Below are positions 26,944 through 36,956 of a DNA stretch of 64,000 nucleotides, in pieces. Numbering within the stretch: the first letter of the stretch is position 1; every line of letters begins with the position of its first letter. The notes under the pieces were generated by a model. That model was not told the DNA's origin, did not search any database, and worked only from the letters and a program-made list of their open reading frames with translations. The DNA is from a virus: IMG/VR virus record IMGVR_UViG_3300047510_001751, positions 96,001 through 160,000 of that record; one strand, 5' to 3'. Made by a program: the position numbers and the translations under genes.

Positions 26944-29900
26944 CAGTATGAAGCAACGGCACGAAGATCTTGAATCTTCGGAATATAAGCTGGGTCTTCA
27001 GTTTTCATAACAATTTTAATAGCAAATGATGTAAATTCTGGTAAATTATTAGCACTATATTTAAATTCTTGATAGAATGATTGCTTTTCAAATTGCCCAG
27101 AAATTGAATTAGATACTGTAGCTAAATCATCATTATCAGGATTGCCATCTACATTGAAATAATTCCAATTAATGTCATCAAAATTAGATTGAGCCGATGT
27201 TTCTTTAATTTTATACAAAACTTTAACATTTTCCGTATCTTTTAAATTAATCGTTAATCTAACATCAATAGAAGTTCCTGGAGAATTGATCGAAACTTCT
27301 TTAGTGACATATTTAGAAACAGCGGAGCTATTCTTAGCATCAGTTTCTTTAACATAATCAACTCCAGTAGTAAATTCCATGGAAGCAACTTCCACATATT
27401 TTTCGTCAGAAGATCTTAAAATATCGCCAACTCTAAAAATATCTGGAGTTTGATTTGCTGAATTTTCTTGTCTAACAAAAGGACTATCTTTAGTAATTTT
27501 ACTAGTATAATCATTATTAATTGGAGCATATGAATTTTCAACAATCATTTCTTTATCTTTGGAATCCCAAATAATTACTCTACCGTTAATTTTGTTTGAA
27601 TAATCTACGTTTACATTTTGTGGATAATAAGCAATTACGTTAGAATTTTCACTAAAGTTAAACTCTAGCTCAGAAATTGCCGAAATTGTAATATTTATTG
27701 TATCAATTATAATCCCATCAGAACCAATTAATGTGGCAGTTTCATTTTGAATAAACGGAGTTTTGGTTTTTAATCTAATTAAAACAACGCTGTTAGTAAT
27801 TTGAACAATTGTACCTTCTGCTTTAGATGTTGTTCCCACCAAAGTTTGGTTTTGTCCAAGCTGACCAGCTGTTCCTACAATGTTTAAAGATAAATTGTAT
27901 AAAGGTAAGAAACGCAATATTTGATTTCTTTTTCCATATCTATTTTCAAACCCAGTAGAATTTTCTACACGAGAAGATTGAGTTTTTACCGAAGATAATC
28001 TTAAATCAATAACAGGAGAAATATTAGAATTGGAAGAAGATAAAATAAATTTATATGTGAGAGATCTATCAATTTGATTTAATGTTTCGTTAATTCTGGA
28101 TGATAATATTTTTTGATTAGTGAAAAACTGCTCTTCGTTAATAAAAGTCTTTTCAAAATCTGTTTGAGAATATGAAACATAATTAGTGGTGTTTGAATCT
28201 ACAGGAACAATGTTAGTTGTCTTGACAAAAGATTCTACATTAGTGCCATCTAGTTTTAAAAATGCTACCTGAGCATAAAGTTTTTCGAATTTTCTATTAT
28301 AAGAAGCGAGAACTTTATTTCCTCCCCCCAAAACGCTAGCCCCAGCTCTATTAGGACCCACAATATTGTATGTATCGATACCCGAATTAGTAATTTTGAA
28401 TAATTCACTATTTAAACTTACCGATGAAATACCGCCAACGTCTTCACAATTTTTAAAGAATACGTAAGATTTTCCTTTATCTTCAAATCCATTATCTCTG
28501 TGAGATACTTTAATAATAGAATTATTATTTTTAAATAATGATGAAGTAGCATTAGTAGCAGACCTTACACTAGTTTCAAATGGAGAAGTATCTAGAAGCT
28601 CGTAACCTAGGTTTTCATTTGTCACCAAAAGCTCGGCATTTCTTGAGGTATCAAATTCTGCTTTATAAAGGTTAAATTTAATATCTTCAAATAAATCTTC
28701 CGTCCAGTTGTCTGTGTTTTGTGATTTGTACACTGATCCTAATGAAGGTTGAGCGGAAACTACGTTGCTAGTAGAAATTTCAGTTTCTCCCAACTTAGAA
28801 GCCCACAACTCATATTCAATAGAATCTGTTTCAACGTTTAAAGCATACTCTGTGTTATTTTGTAAGTAAACTGGATATTTAAAATTAAATCTAGTAGGAA
28901 CAGTAGATGGTGTCACACCGTCTCTATCGACAGCTACACCCATTGAAACCGCTGGGGCATCAATCTCAATTACTGACTCGATTACAGCTCCTCCTGAGCC
29001 CGTACCGACGCCTCTAATAACAACTGACGGGGCTTCGGTATATCCCCTACCAGTTAATGATAAGTTTGTGTTATAAATTTTTCCTTCAGAAACATCAACT
29101 GTACCCGTGGCTGTACTGCCACCTGGCAATTGAGGACTTTCAATAATAATAGTAGCACTTGTATAATTTTCGCCCACCTGAGTCACTTTTAAGTCAACAA
29201 CTTTTCCAGAATCCTTAGCTATAAACACAGACACATTAGTATTGTTTCTGGCATTATACTCTCGAATAGAAGGTATAATTAATTGTTCATTTTGTACAAA
29301 TGATACTCCATTATGATTTTCTAAAATTAAAGTATATACTTGTTCTTTATTTAATTCAAAAGTTGTTGATGTTTCGTCTCCAATTTGAATATTATTTTTA
29401 TCAAATACTTTTAAAACAGGTCCACTAGCGTTGGAATTTTTTCCATTGACGAATTCAGATTTTTTAATGGAGATAGTTTCTACATCTCCTGTTACGTAAA
29501 TTTTTAATAAAGTTTCTGGTCTTAGAGTACATTCAGATCCAGGAACAATATATTTTCCAGGCTTACCAGTATCAACGTTAGTCAAATAAGTTCTAATTGG
29601 AATCGAAGAACTCTTCTTGGCAAAATATAAATCAACGCCAGTAACAAATATACCCCCCTCGTAATTTTCAATTTTAATAGTTTGAGCTAGAGGATTTGGT
29701 TTAATTTCTAAATCAGTATTGCTATTAACAAGCTGAACTCCTTCGTTTGCTTTAAAGAATGCTGTTTCTGTAGATACAATAGAAGGAGGATTTTGTGGAA
29801 TTACACCAGTAGCATAGAATTTAACATCAGCATAAGTATCTACATTTTCTTTAATTTCGTTTGAAGAACTCGAAGTAAATCTAATTGTTTTAGCTCCAGC

Positions 29901-32900
29901 AACAAATCTAATTTCTTCTGAATTTTCGTCATAAGAAATTGTGTCTGGATTACCAGTCCATCTGCTATTTTCAGTTGGTGCTTTGCCAGCAGGAATCAAT
30001 ATAATACCACTCAAATTTCCATTAATGTCAGTTACTAAAGGAGAATTAAATGTAGATAAAGAATTTCCAGGTACACCAGTAAACCTAGTATCAGGAACAA
30101 TCCACTTACCAATATCTCTATTGTCCATAAAGACGTAAACTTTGGTATTTGGTTTTAATCTATTGACAACAAATTTTACAGGAATAGATCTAGCAAAGAA
30201 TTGTAATTCAGTAGAAACACTAGTTTCGTTTACTGTTTTTGAGTTTACTCCTTTAGCTAATTCGTTGTTTTGTGTGCTTACATTTGAAGAGCTAGCAACT
30301 AAAGCATTTGTTACAGATGATTGAATTTCTTCACTATTAATATTGGCAAGTGATTCAATATTGTAGAAAGATTTATTAGTTCCTGTCCAATTAACAATAA
30401 ATGAATTGTGTAAACTAGCAAATGATTCTTTTACATCTTCTTTGGCTAAGAAAATTGTATTTAATTTTGTGTTCGTATCGTTTACTAATGGAGCTACAGT
30501 TGTGTCATACCATTGATCTATAGTGGGAGAAAGCGACCCCTCTCCAACATATTGAATTACAACAAATGGATTTGGATTTAAAGTTTTTGTAGCATTATCA
30601 TTGCCTAAAAATTTTAAGCTCTTGAATGGAAGAGTGATCACTCCATTATTATTAACATATCCAGCAACACTTCTTTGATCAGTTCTCGTATTAACTTCAA
30701 CTAAACCAAAACAATCTTCTTTTGTTTGTGGTCTTAATACAGATTGCTGTGAGTCAATAGCACATCTATAATCAATGGAAGATAGATTGCCTACTTTATG
30801 AGCTTCAAAGTTATCTACAATAAAACCGCTCTTAAATCTATCTAAACCAATTTCATCCTTAACTTGCATATTTAATGCTTGCTGCTCAAGGATACTTAAA
30901 GTAGTATAATATTCTAGTCTTTCAATTCTTTTCTCAAGCTTTCCAATATCCTTCATTGTATAACGTCTATTGTTAACAGGGATAATTCTTACATCTTTAC
31001 TGTTATTTGTGTAAGCAGGAATATGAAGATAGCATAAAGCAATAGCATCATCAACAGGATCTGGTTTCGATGGATTTAATGAAGAATTGCCTTGTTTTAC
31101 GATAAAATCACCTTTCTTAGTTAAGAATACACCATCAATACGATCTAAGTACTGAGTTTCTGTAAATGAAACTGTATATTCTAAATTACTATCGGATGCT
31201 GGGGTTAAGGAAGTTACACCACCAGATCCAACAAAGTTTACATAATCTCTTCCGTTTGGATTGGATAAAATTGAAATGTCTTGGAAACCAGTGACGGTAG
31301 TTTCACTGTCTACTTTTGGTCTAAAATCAATAGCATCCTTGAGTGAAATTACGCCATTAACAGAAGAATTGAATAGTGGAATTTCATCTACAGAAACTCC
31401 AGCTTCGTGTAGATAAGAATCTACAGTACAAAAATCTCCTTGTGAATGTTCAAAATAATCAAACGCAACTACCAATTGTCCAGTTGGGGGATCAAAACCA
31501 GGCTTCAATACAATTCTAGAAACATCGTAGAAAGTATCTCTTTGACCATCATCAAAAGTAAATTTGTATGTAATGTCAGTACCACTTACTAGGTTGCCAT
31601 TGGCATCCACATTAGGTGGGTTTGTTGTTGTGCCTTCGTAAATATATCTTAATTTGTAAGCATCTGAATATGAGAAAGTTTCAATGGTTTCTCCGTCATA
31701 ATCCTGCCCCCTCAAAGGAATTACTCTATCTCCACTAGAAATCACTACAACTCTTTTATTTCTTATAGCAGTTTTTAATCTAGGTCTTGCTTTATCAATT
31801 TCGATAGTAGCAGTTAACTTAAGTTTGGGAAATGTGCCACCTAGAGGAATATCCCCAAAGTAATTTGTTGGTAAATTAATTACAAAAGCTCCAGCAGAAA
31901 CTTGATTAGCACTAATTTCCGATTGAATAATACTTACATTATCTGGAGAAATGTAAACAATATCACCATTATCAACTACAGTAGAAGAACCTCTATCTAA
32001 AACAGTTACAATATAATTATTTTCGTTAAAGTTTACAAACCTTTGTGTTCCTATTGGTAATTGAGCAGTAAATGTTATATTTCCACCACTGGAAGAAAGA
32101 TCAGTAATAAAATCTTTTCTCACATAATACTTGAATTTTGTATCACTAGTATCTTTAATTAAAGAACCAACTTGCTTAGAGCCTGTTGGAAATACTAATG
32201 TGGAACTATTAGCATTTTGAATGTTTGGTCTTAGTCTAATAATAGAAGCATTACTAATATCATCTGGAAGAGCATAATCTAGATAAATTCTAGATTTGAT
32301 AATTCCTTCTGGATCAGTTACGTACTGAACAATATTTCTAATCACATTGTTATTCACATCGGTGAATTGAATAAGATCACCTTGAACTAAATCCTTGGAT
32401 AAATTAGCACCAAAACCATTACACTCAATATATTTTCTTCCTCTATATCCAAAGAAAGTGAAATCTGTTATTTGAGTATATGTAGAATATTCTGTATTTG
32501 AAACGTCAATATCAGCAGTGAATTTGTAATTATTGTATGTCGAAGAAAATGATTTAATATTTTGTGGCGTGTAAGTTAAAACAGAATTTTTATTTAAAAC
32601 TGGAACTACTGTAGCAGCATTTGTTGATATAGATGGTGCTGGGGTTACTGTAACTATGGGTGGAGATGAATAAGTTGAGGAAAGTCCATTTCTATCGACG
32701 ATAGAAACTGAATAAATTGTCCCTCCGTATTCTTTTACTAATACTTTCGATTGATCAATTTCTTGTCCATTTACAACAATTTTTGAAGTTGATGGATATG
32801 AATTTCCTCCATTAGTAACAATAAAGTGAGAAATTGTATTATCTTTAGCAATTTTAAGTGAGTTACCATCTTCATCAAGAATTGTTTCTCCTGAAACAAA

Positions 32901-35018
32901 TGTACCAGATAATGTGGTTACAAATAATGTATTACCAAAAGTATAATTTGCTGTTGTATCTGATTCAATAACACCATAAGCACCACTAGTTCTGCCAATG
33001 ATATATTTGCCTGTAGTAAACCCAGTATCTACTAATGTATCAGTTTTAATTTTAGTGAAAAATACAGGATTAAAATAAGAAAAATTAAATGTAGCATCGT
33101 AAGGTCTGGTGTTAGAACCAGTCCTTCCCTTGGAAATAATAATATCAGTATCGTCGTTAAACCCAGATGCTCTTTTTACCAATGAAAAATCCTTTGGTTT
33201 GGCAATACCAATAATTGGGGTAATAGTTTCGTTGTAGTCAACAATTAATCCATAAACTGATTGACCTGAATTTGATAATGCTTCTACTTCAGTTAAATAT
33301 AAAAATCTTTTTTTCGAAGGACTGCCTTCATCATATTCAAGAAAATAAGAATCTAGTAACGCTTTTTCTCCTACAACAGTAAATTCAATATAAAATTGAC
33401 CGCTTGATTCGGAAACTTCTGGTCTTCTAACCACCGAATGACCAATAACATCAGCATAATCAACAGTTGATGCTAGTCCACCACTTCTGGTTTTAATAAA
33501 CCAAAGTCTAGTTGGAAAATCAGTTTCCAGAGAGGGAAGTTCTCCTGTTACTTGTACGTAAATAGTTTTAATAGCATCACTTAAGGTGAAAGGAATAGAT
33601 CTTCTATTTTTAGTTTGTTTAAAATATAAAGAAGATTCTTCGTTATTTAAACCAATAGTTCCATCATTAAAAACAGAATTTAATAGAATGTTTGGCGTTG
33701 AAGTAATTTCATCGCCAATCGTGTTTAACGGAACAGTGCCATATAAATTAGTAATTTTAAATTGAGATAATCCTTTAGTTTTAATAGTTACATTATCTCT
33801 AACTATAGTATCTCTAGCTTTGTCAACAGTAATATTTTTAGTTTCTTTGTTTACAATTTCAAATCCTTTTACGTAAGCTTTTCCAGAACCTACACCAAGA
33901 ATCATTTTAGCTAAAGCTTCCGAAGGCTCTAGATCATTTACTTTATTAGTTGTAGAATTTAATTTATAAATTCCATTGTTGTTATCTTTTTGGTAGTATT
34001 CTCTTACATCAAAAGCAAAATTATCTACAACATAATCACCAGATTCATCATAAGTTCTTCTGGCGAGAGTTTCTTCTAATAATGTATAATCAGCAGGTTT
34101 AATTTGCTTTTCAATTACTCCAGAATTAATTTGAAGTAATTGAATAAAGTTTTTATCCGTTTGAGCTAGATAATCAAATTTTTGTAGCTCTAAATCTATT
34201 TTTAATCTATGTGCTCCAGGAGAAGAAAAATTAGAATATCCTCTGGAATTATCATACAAAGAGGCATCTTCTTCTGGAGTTACAATAGATTCTTTGATTA
34301 CAAAACCAACTTTTGCTGATGGTTTATCGTAATATTTGTCAATAATTGATATTTGAGTTTTATTTTGTACAAAATATCCATTTACAAAATACACACCCTG
34401 GTTTACTTCCACAGCAGAAGCAAAGCCCATAGCAGGGCTTTGTAGACTAGTTGTTTCTTCTGTGATGGGATTAGTTACAAAAATACTAGTTGGAAGAACA
34501 CTACCATCTGTTCCTACAACTAGTAAAGGAGTATTTACGCCACCAACAACTTCTAGAGTTTCTCCTTGTCTAAAAGTAGTTTCGTTATTGGCGTCACCAC
34601 TTGTTAAATAATTGACAAAAATTGTATCTGCTTCTGTTTCTGAACCATAAGAAGTTTCGATAACAGAAGCAACCACGCCCGAATTAATGCCTCTTAATTC
34701 GGAGCCAATTAATTGTTTAATATCATATTTTTTGTATACAATATTGCCATTCTCGTTAACAGCAACTTCAGATACAGAAGACAATTTAACATAGTTTAGT
34801 TTGTTGTTTAAACCAACTTCACCTGGAATTACTAATTCCCCTTGCTTAAATTGAAACTTTCCGTAATTCTCAATTTGATTTTGAAGAATAGACTGGAGGG
34901 AGGTTAACTCCCTCGTCTGAATTGAATATCCAGGTCTAAAAAGAACTTTATAAAAATTCTTTGAAGGATCAAAATCGTCATAATATGGCGCTACATTAAG
35001 ATTTGTCTTCTGTGGCAT
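26943..35018 (-). CDS. Large virion structural protein, DUF4815-type (2691 aa)
   Basis: PYYDDFD..KNFYKVLFRPG..IQTRELT.LQSILQNQIE; LARRTYDESGDY; RYTMKDIGKLEKRIERLEYYTTLS; NPLAQT. Confidence 0.88.
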   Translation of the reverse strand: MPQKTNLNVAPYYDDFDPSKNFYKVLFRPGYSIQTRELTSLQSILQNQIENYGKFQFKQGELVIPGEVGLNNKLNYVKLSSVSEVAVNENGNIVYKKYDIKQLIGSELRGINSGVVASVIETSYGSETEADTIFVNYLTSGDANNETTFRQGETLEVVGGVNTPLLVVGTDGSVLPTSIFVTNPITEETTSLQSPAMGFASAVEVNQGVYFVNGYFVQNKTQISIIDKYYDKPSAKVGFVIKESIVTPEEDASLYDNSRGYSNFSSPGAHRLKIDLELQKFDYLAQTDKNFIQLLQINSGVIEKQIKPADYTLLEETLARRTYDESGDYVVDNFAFDVREYYQKDNNNGIYKLNSTTNKVNDLEPSEALAKMILGVGSGKAYVKGFEIVNKETKNITVDKARDTIVRDNVTIKTKGLSQFKITNLYGTVPLNTIGDEITSTPNILLNSVFNDGTIGLNNEESSLYFKQTKNRRSIPFTLSDAIKTIYVQVTGELPSLETDFPTRLWFIKTRSGGLASTVDYADVIGHSVVRRPEVSESSGQFYIEFTVVGEKALLDSYFLEYDEGSPSKKRFLYLTEVEALSNSGQSVYGLIVDYNETITPIIGIAKPKDFSLVKRASGFNDDTDIIISKGRTGSNTRPYDATFNFSYFNPVFFTKIKTDTLVDTGFTTGKYIIGRTSGAYGVIESDTTANYTFGNTLFVTTLSGTFVSGETILDEDGNSLKIAKDNTISHFIVTNGGNSYPSTSKIVVNGQEIDQSKVLVKEYGGTIYSVSIVDRNGLSSTYSSPPIVTVTPAPSISTNAATVVPVLNKNSVLTYTPQNIKSFSSTYNNYKFTADIDVSNTEYSTYTQITDFTFFGYRGRKYIECNGFGANLSKDLVQGDLIQFTDVNNNVIRNIVQYVTDPEGIIKSRIYLDYALPDDISNASIIRLRPNIQNANSSTLVFPTGSKQVGSLIKDTSDTKFKYYVRKDFITDLSSSGGNITFTAQLPIGTQRFVNFNENNYIVTVLDRGSSTVVDNGDIVYISPDNVSIIQSEISANQVSAGAFVINLPTNYFGDIPLGGTFPKLKLTATIEIDKARPRLKTAIRNKRVVVISSGDRVIPLRGQDYDGETIETFSYSDAYKLRYIYEGTTTNPPNVDANGNLVSGTDITYKFTFDDGQRDTFYDVSRIVLKPGFDPPTGQLVVAFDYFEHSQGDFCTVDSYLHEAGVSVDEIPLFNSSVNGVISLKDAIDFRPKVDSETTVTGFQDISILSNPNGRDYVNFVGSGGVTSLTPASDSNLEYTVSFTETQYLDRIDGVFLTKKGDFIVKQGNSSLNPSKPDPVDDAIALCYLHIPAYTNNSKDVRIIPVNNRRYTMKDIGKLEKRIERLEYYTTLSILEQQALNMQVKDEIGLDRFKSGFIVDNFEAHKVGNLSSIDYRCAIDSQQSVLRPQTKEDCFGLVEVNTRTDQRSVAGYVNNNGVITLPFKSLKFLGNDNATKTLNPNPFVVIQYVGEGSLSPTIDQWYDTTVAPLVNDTNTKLNTIFLAKEDVKESFASLHNSFIVNWTGTNKSFYNIESLANINSEEIQSSVTNALVASSSNVSTQNNELAKGVNSKTVNETSVSTELQFFARSIPVKFVVNRLKPNTKVYVFMDNRDIGKWIVPDTRFTGVPGNSLSTFNSPLVTDINGNLSGIILIPAGKAPTENSRWTGNPDTISYDENSEEIRFVAGAKTIRFTSSSSNEIKENVDTYADVKFYATGVIPQNPPSIVSTETAFFKANEGVQLVNSNTDLEIKPNPLAQTIKIENYEGGIFVTGVDLYFAKKSSSIPIRTYLTNVDTGKPGKYIVPGSECTLRPETLLKIYVTGDVETISIKKSEFVNGKNSNASGPVLKVFDKNNIQIGDETSTTFELNKEQVYTLILENHNGVSFVQNEQLIIPSIREYNARNNTNVSVFIAKDSGKVVDLKVTQVGENYTSATIIIESPQLPGGSTATGTVDVSEGKIYNTNLSLTGRGYTEAPSVVIRGVGTGSGGAVIESVIEIDAPAVSMGVAVDRDGVTPSTVPTRFNFKYPVYLQNNTEYALNVETDSIEYELWASKLGETEISTSNVVSAQPSLGSVYKSQNTDNWTEDLFEDIKFNLYKAEFDTSRNAELLVTNENLGYELLDTSPFETSVRSATNATSSLFKNNNSIIKVSHRDNGFEDKGKSYVFFKNCEDVGGISSVSLNSELFKITNSGIDTYNIVGPNRAGASVLGGGNKVLASYNRKFEKLYAQVAFLKLDGTNVESFVKTTNIVPVDSNTTNYVSYSQTDFEKTFINEEQFFTNQKILSSRINETLNQIDRSLTYKFILSSSNSNISPVIDLRLSSVKTQSSRVENSTGFENRYGKRNQILRFLPLYNLSLNIVGTAGQLGQNQTLVGTTSKAEGTIVQITNSVVLIRLKTKTPFIQNETATLIGSDGIIIDTINITISAISELEFNFSENSNVIAYYPQNVNVDYSNKINGRVIIWDSKDKEMIVENSYAPINNDYTSKITKDSPFVRQENSANQTPDIFRVGDILRSSDEKYVEVASMEFTTGVDYVKETDAKNSSAVSKYVTKEVSINSPGTSIDVRLTINLKDTENVKVLYKIKETSAQSNFDDINWNYFNVDGNPDNDDLATVSNSISGQFEKQSFYQEFKYSANNLPEFTSFAIKIVMKTEDPAYIPKIQDLRAVASY

Positions 35019-35077
35019 TTTACCCCGACATTATACTAGTATCTCGTAGTATTATTTAGAAGGGTAAAATGTATAAA

Positions 35078-36907
35078 TCAGAACTCAATAACTAGCTTGA
35101 TATCTTCGATTTGGTCAGGGGCTCTTGTGATGAGTCTTCTGTTTTCTACGTAGATAATTTCGCCAGAATTGTTTTCGATTTCTGGAGTAGCAACACCAGA
35201 AGCAAAAGTTACACCAGCAAGAACAGCATTGTTAGCTGTATCTACATTACCAGAAGATAGAGAAGAAACACCAGTTACAGCATTAGCACCATTTGATTCA
35301 AATGCTCTTACTACTCCATTATCGGTATGTAAATCAGGGGATTGGATATACTTAAGAACACCTGATGTGGTGCTTCCAGAATCCAATGTCCAAGAAACTA
35401 CAGTACCAAAAGCAGTGCCACCAGTAACAGTCTGTGAAATAACTTCGTCAGATTGATAATCAGCCGTAGCCCCAGTAATTTTAAGAGCACGTACACCACT
35501 CAGAGTCGAAGTGGTAGCAAAAGTAGTAGTACCAAAAGCATATGGATCCTTGATAATACCAATTCTACGGAAGTCGTTATCTACAGGGAAATCGCCATTT
35601 CCTTCGGCATAAGTCAAACGAATGTTTGTCATTACACGCTTTCCGTTAAGCTCCATTTCCATGTCAGAACCATGACCACCCTGAGGTGAAATGATAGGCT
35701 CTAGAGCGCCAGTAGCAGTGCCACCAACGCTCACAGAAGCTGTTAAAGCACTATCGCTGAATAATCCATAAGCAGTAGCTCCAGAACCAGTACCAGTTTT
35801 TAAAGGAACTGAAGCATAAGTATATCCAGTGCCAGCATCAACTACTGATACGCTAGTTACAGCACCGCCACTAACTACTAATGTAACTTTACCACCAGAA
35901 CCATCGCCAATAATAGGAGCAAAGTGTGTTCCAGTTGGGAGGTTAGCTCCAGCATTTTCAATTAGAGCAACATGTACAGCACCATTTACGGCACCAGCTT
36001 CTACAGCAACTCTAGAAGGCTCTGTAGGAGCTACGATAGGCATAAAGTCAGTTGATAGGAAACGTAGTACGTCATCAGTTGGGATGGTGTACATGTACTT
36101 CCAAACATAGCCAGCGGTTCCCGCCTCTTCGGTGAATAAACCACCACTATAAGTGCCTTGGCCAGCTGAAGGAGTTGTTTTTGGTTCGTTTGTAGCGTTT
36201 TGGCCAGTTGTGTTTGCTGGAGTTTCACCATTATATAAACACTTAAATACTTCGTAATTTGAGTTAATTACATAGAACTTAGCATCAGCAATAGAAGTAG
36301 CACCAGTAGCTGAAGCCTTACCAATTAGACCACCACTACCTGGGGTAGCAGAATAGTCAGGTTTCCACATGTCAAACTTAGGATTGGCAACCAAATCCCA
36401 GTTATAACGTCTAATTACAGTTCTAGCAAATTCCGAAGTAACTCTTTTAGCAGCAATAATGTCATCATAGACATCATACTTTTCTTTTTGGTTGTCTAGT
36501 GGTACTGGGGGAACATCTTCCGTAGCGTAACGATATACCCCAGTTAAAGCTTGGGCACCAGTATCAGCAACACCATTCCAACCTTTTAGTGTAGAACCTA
36601 CAGCAGGAGCAGAGCTAACGGTAGGTCCAATGCTATAAAGTAAAAGGCTATTTTCGTATACTTTTCTTACAACTGCTTTGAATGTGGCAGCGCCATAAGA
36701 AGAGCCAACATAAACCTCATCGCCATCAACAAAAGCGGTGGCATTTTTGTTATAAACTTCTAGGTAAGCATCCCAACGCTGAGGACGACCTACAAAAAAA
36801 TACATTCTAGTTCTTTCGGCGCTGGTGTCTGTACTGCCTTCCGAAAGAGATTCTAGAAACTGTTTAGCATTAAAAATTCTAAACTTATCTGAAATAATAG
36901 CAGCCAT
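35078..36907 (-). CDS. gp8: Baseplate wedge subunit
   Basis: MAAIISDKFRIFNAKQF, YFFVGRPQRW, WKYMYTI, DFRRIGIIKDP, SGEIIYVENR..ITRAPDQIEDIKLVIEF. Confidence 0.93.
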   Translation of the reverse strand: MAAIISDKFRIFNAKQFLESLSEGSTDTSAERTRMYFFVGRPQRWDAYLEVYNKNATAFVDGDEVYVGSSYGAATFKAVVRKVYENSLLLYSIGPTVSSAPAVGSTLKGWNGVADTGAQALTGVYRYATEDVPPVPLDNQKEKYDVYDDIIAAKRVTSEFARTVIRRYNWDLVANPKFDMWKPDYSATPGSGGLIGKASATGATSIADAKFYVINSNYEVFKCLYNGETPANTTGQNATNEPKTTPSAGQGTYSGGLFTEEAGTAGYVWKYMYTIPTDDVLRFLSTDFMPIVAPTEPSRVAVEAGAVNGAVHVALIENAGANLPTGTHFAPIIGDGSGGKVTLVVSGGAVTSVSVVDAGTGYTYASVPLKTGTGSGATAYGLFSDSALTASVSVGGTATGALEPIISPQGGHGSDMEMELNGKRVMTNIRLTYAEGNGDFPVDNDFRRIGIIKDPYAFGTTTFATTSTLSGVRALKITGATADYQSDEVISQTVTGGTAFGTVVSWTLDSGSTTSGVLKYIQSPDLHTDNGVVRAFESNGANAVTGVSSLSSGNVDTANNAVLAGVTFASGVATPEIENNSGEIIYVENRRLITRAPDQIEDIKLVIEF

Positions 36908-36942
36908 TGAAGAATCTCTCTATTGAAATTATTTGTCTGATT

Positions 36943-36956
36943 TATTTATATTTATA
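36943..36956 (-). promoter_or_regulatory. Two overlapping perfect TATAAATA late promoters
   Basis: tatttata at 36943-36950 and 36949-36956, upstream of gp8. Confidence 0.75.
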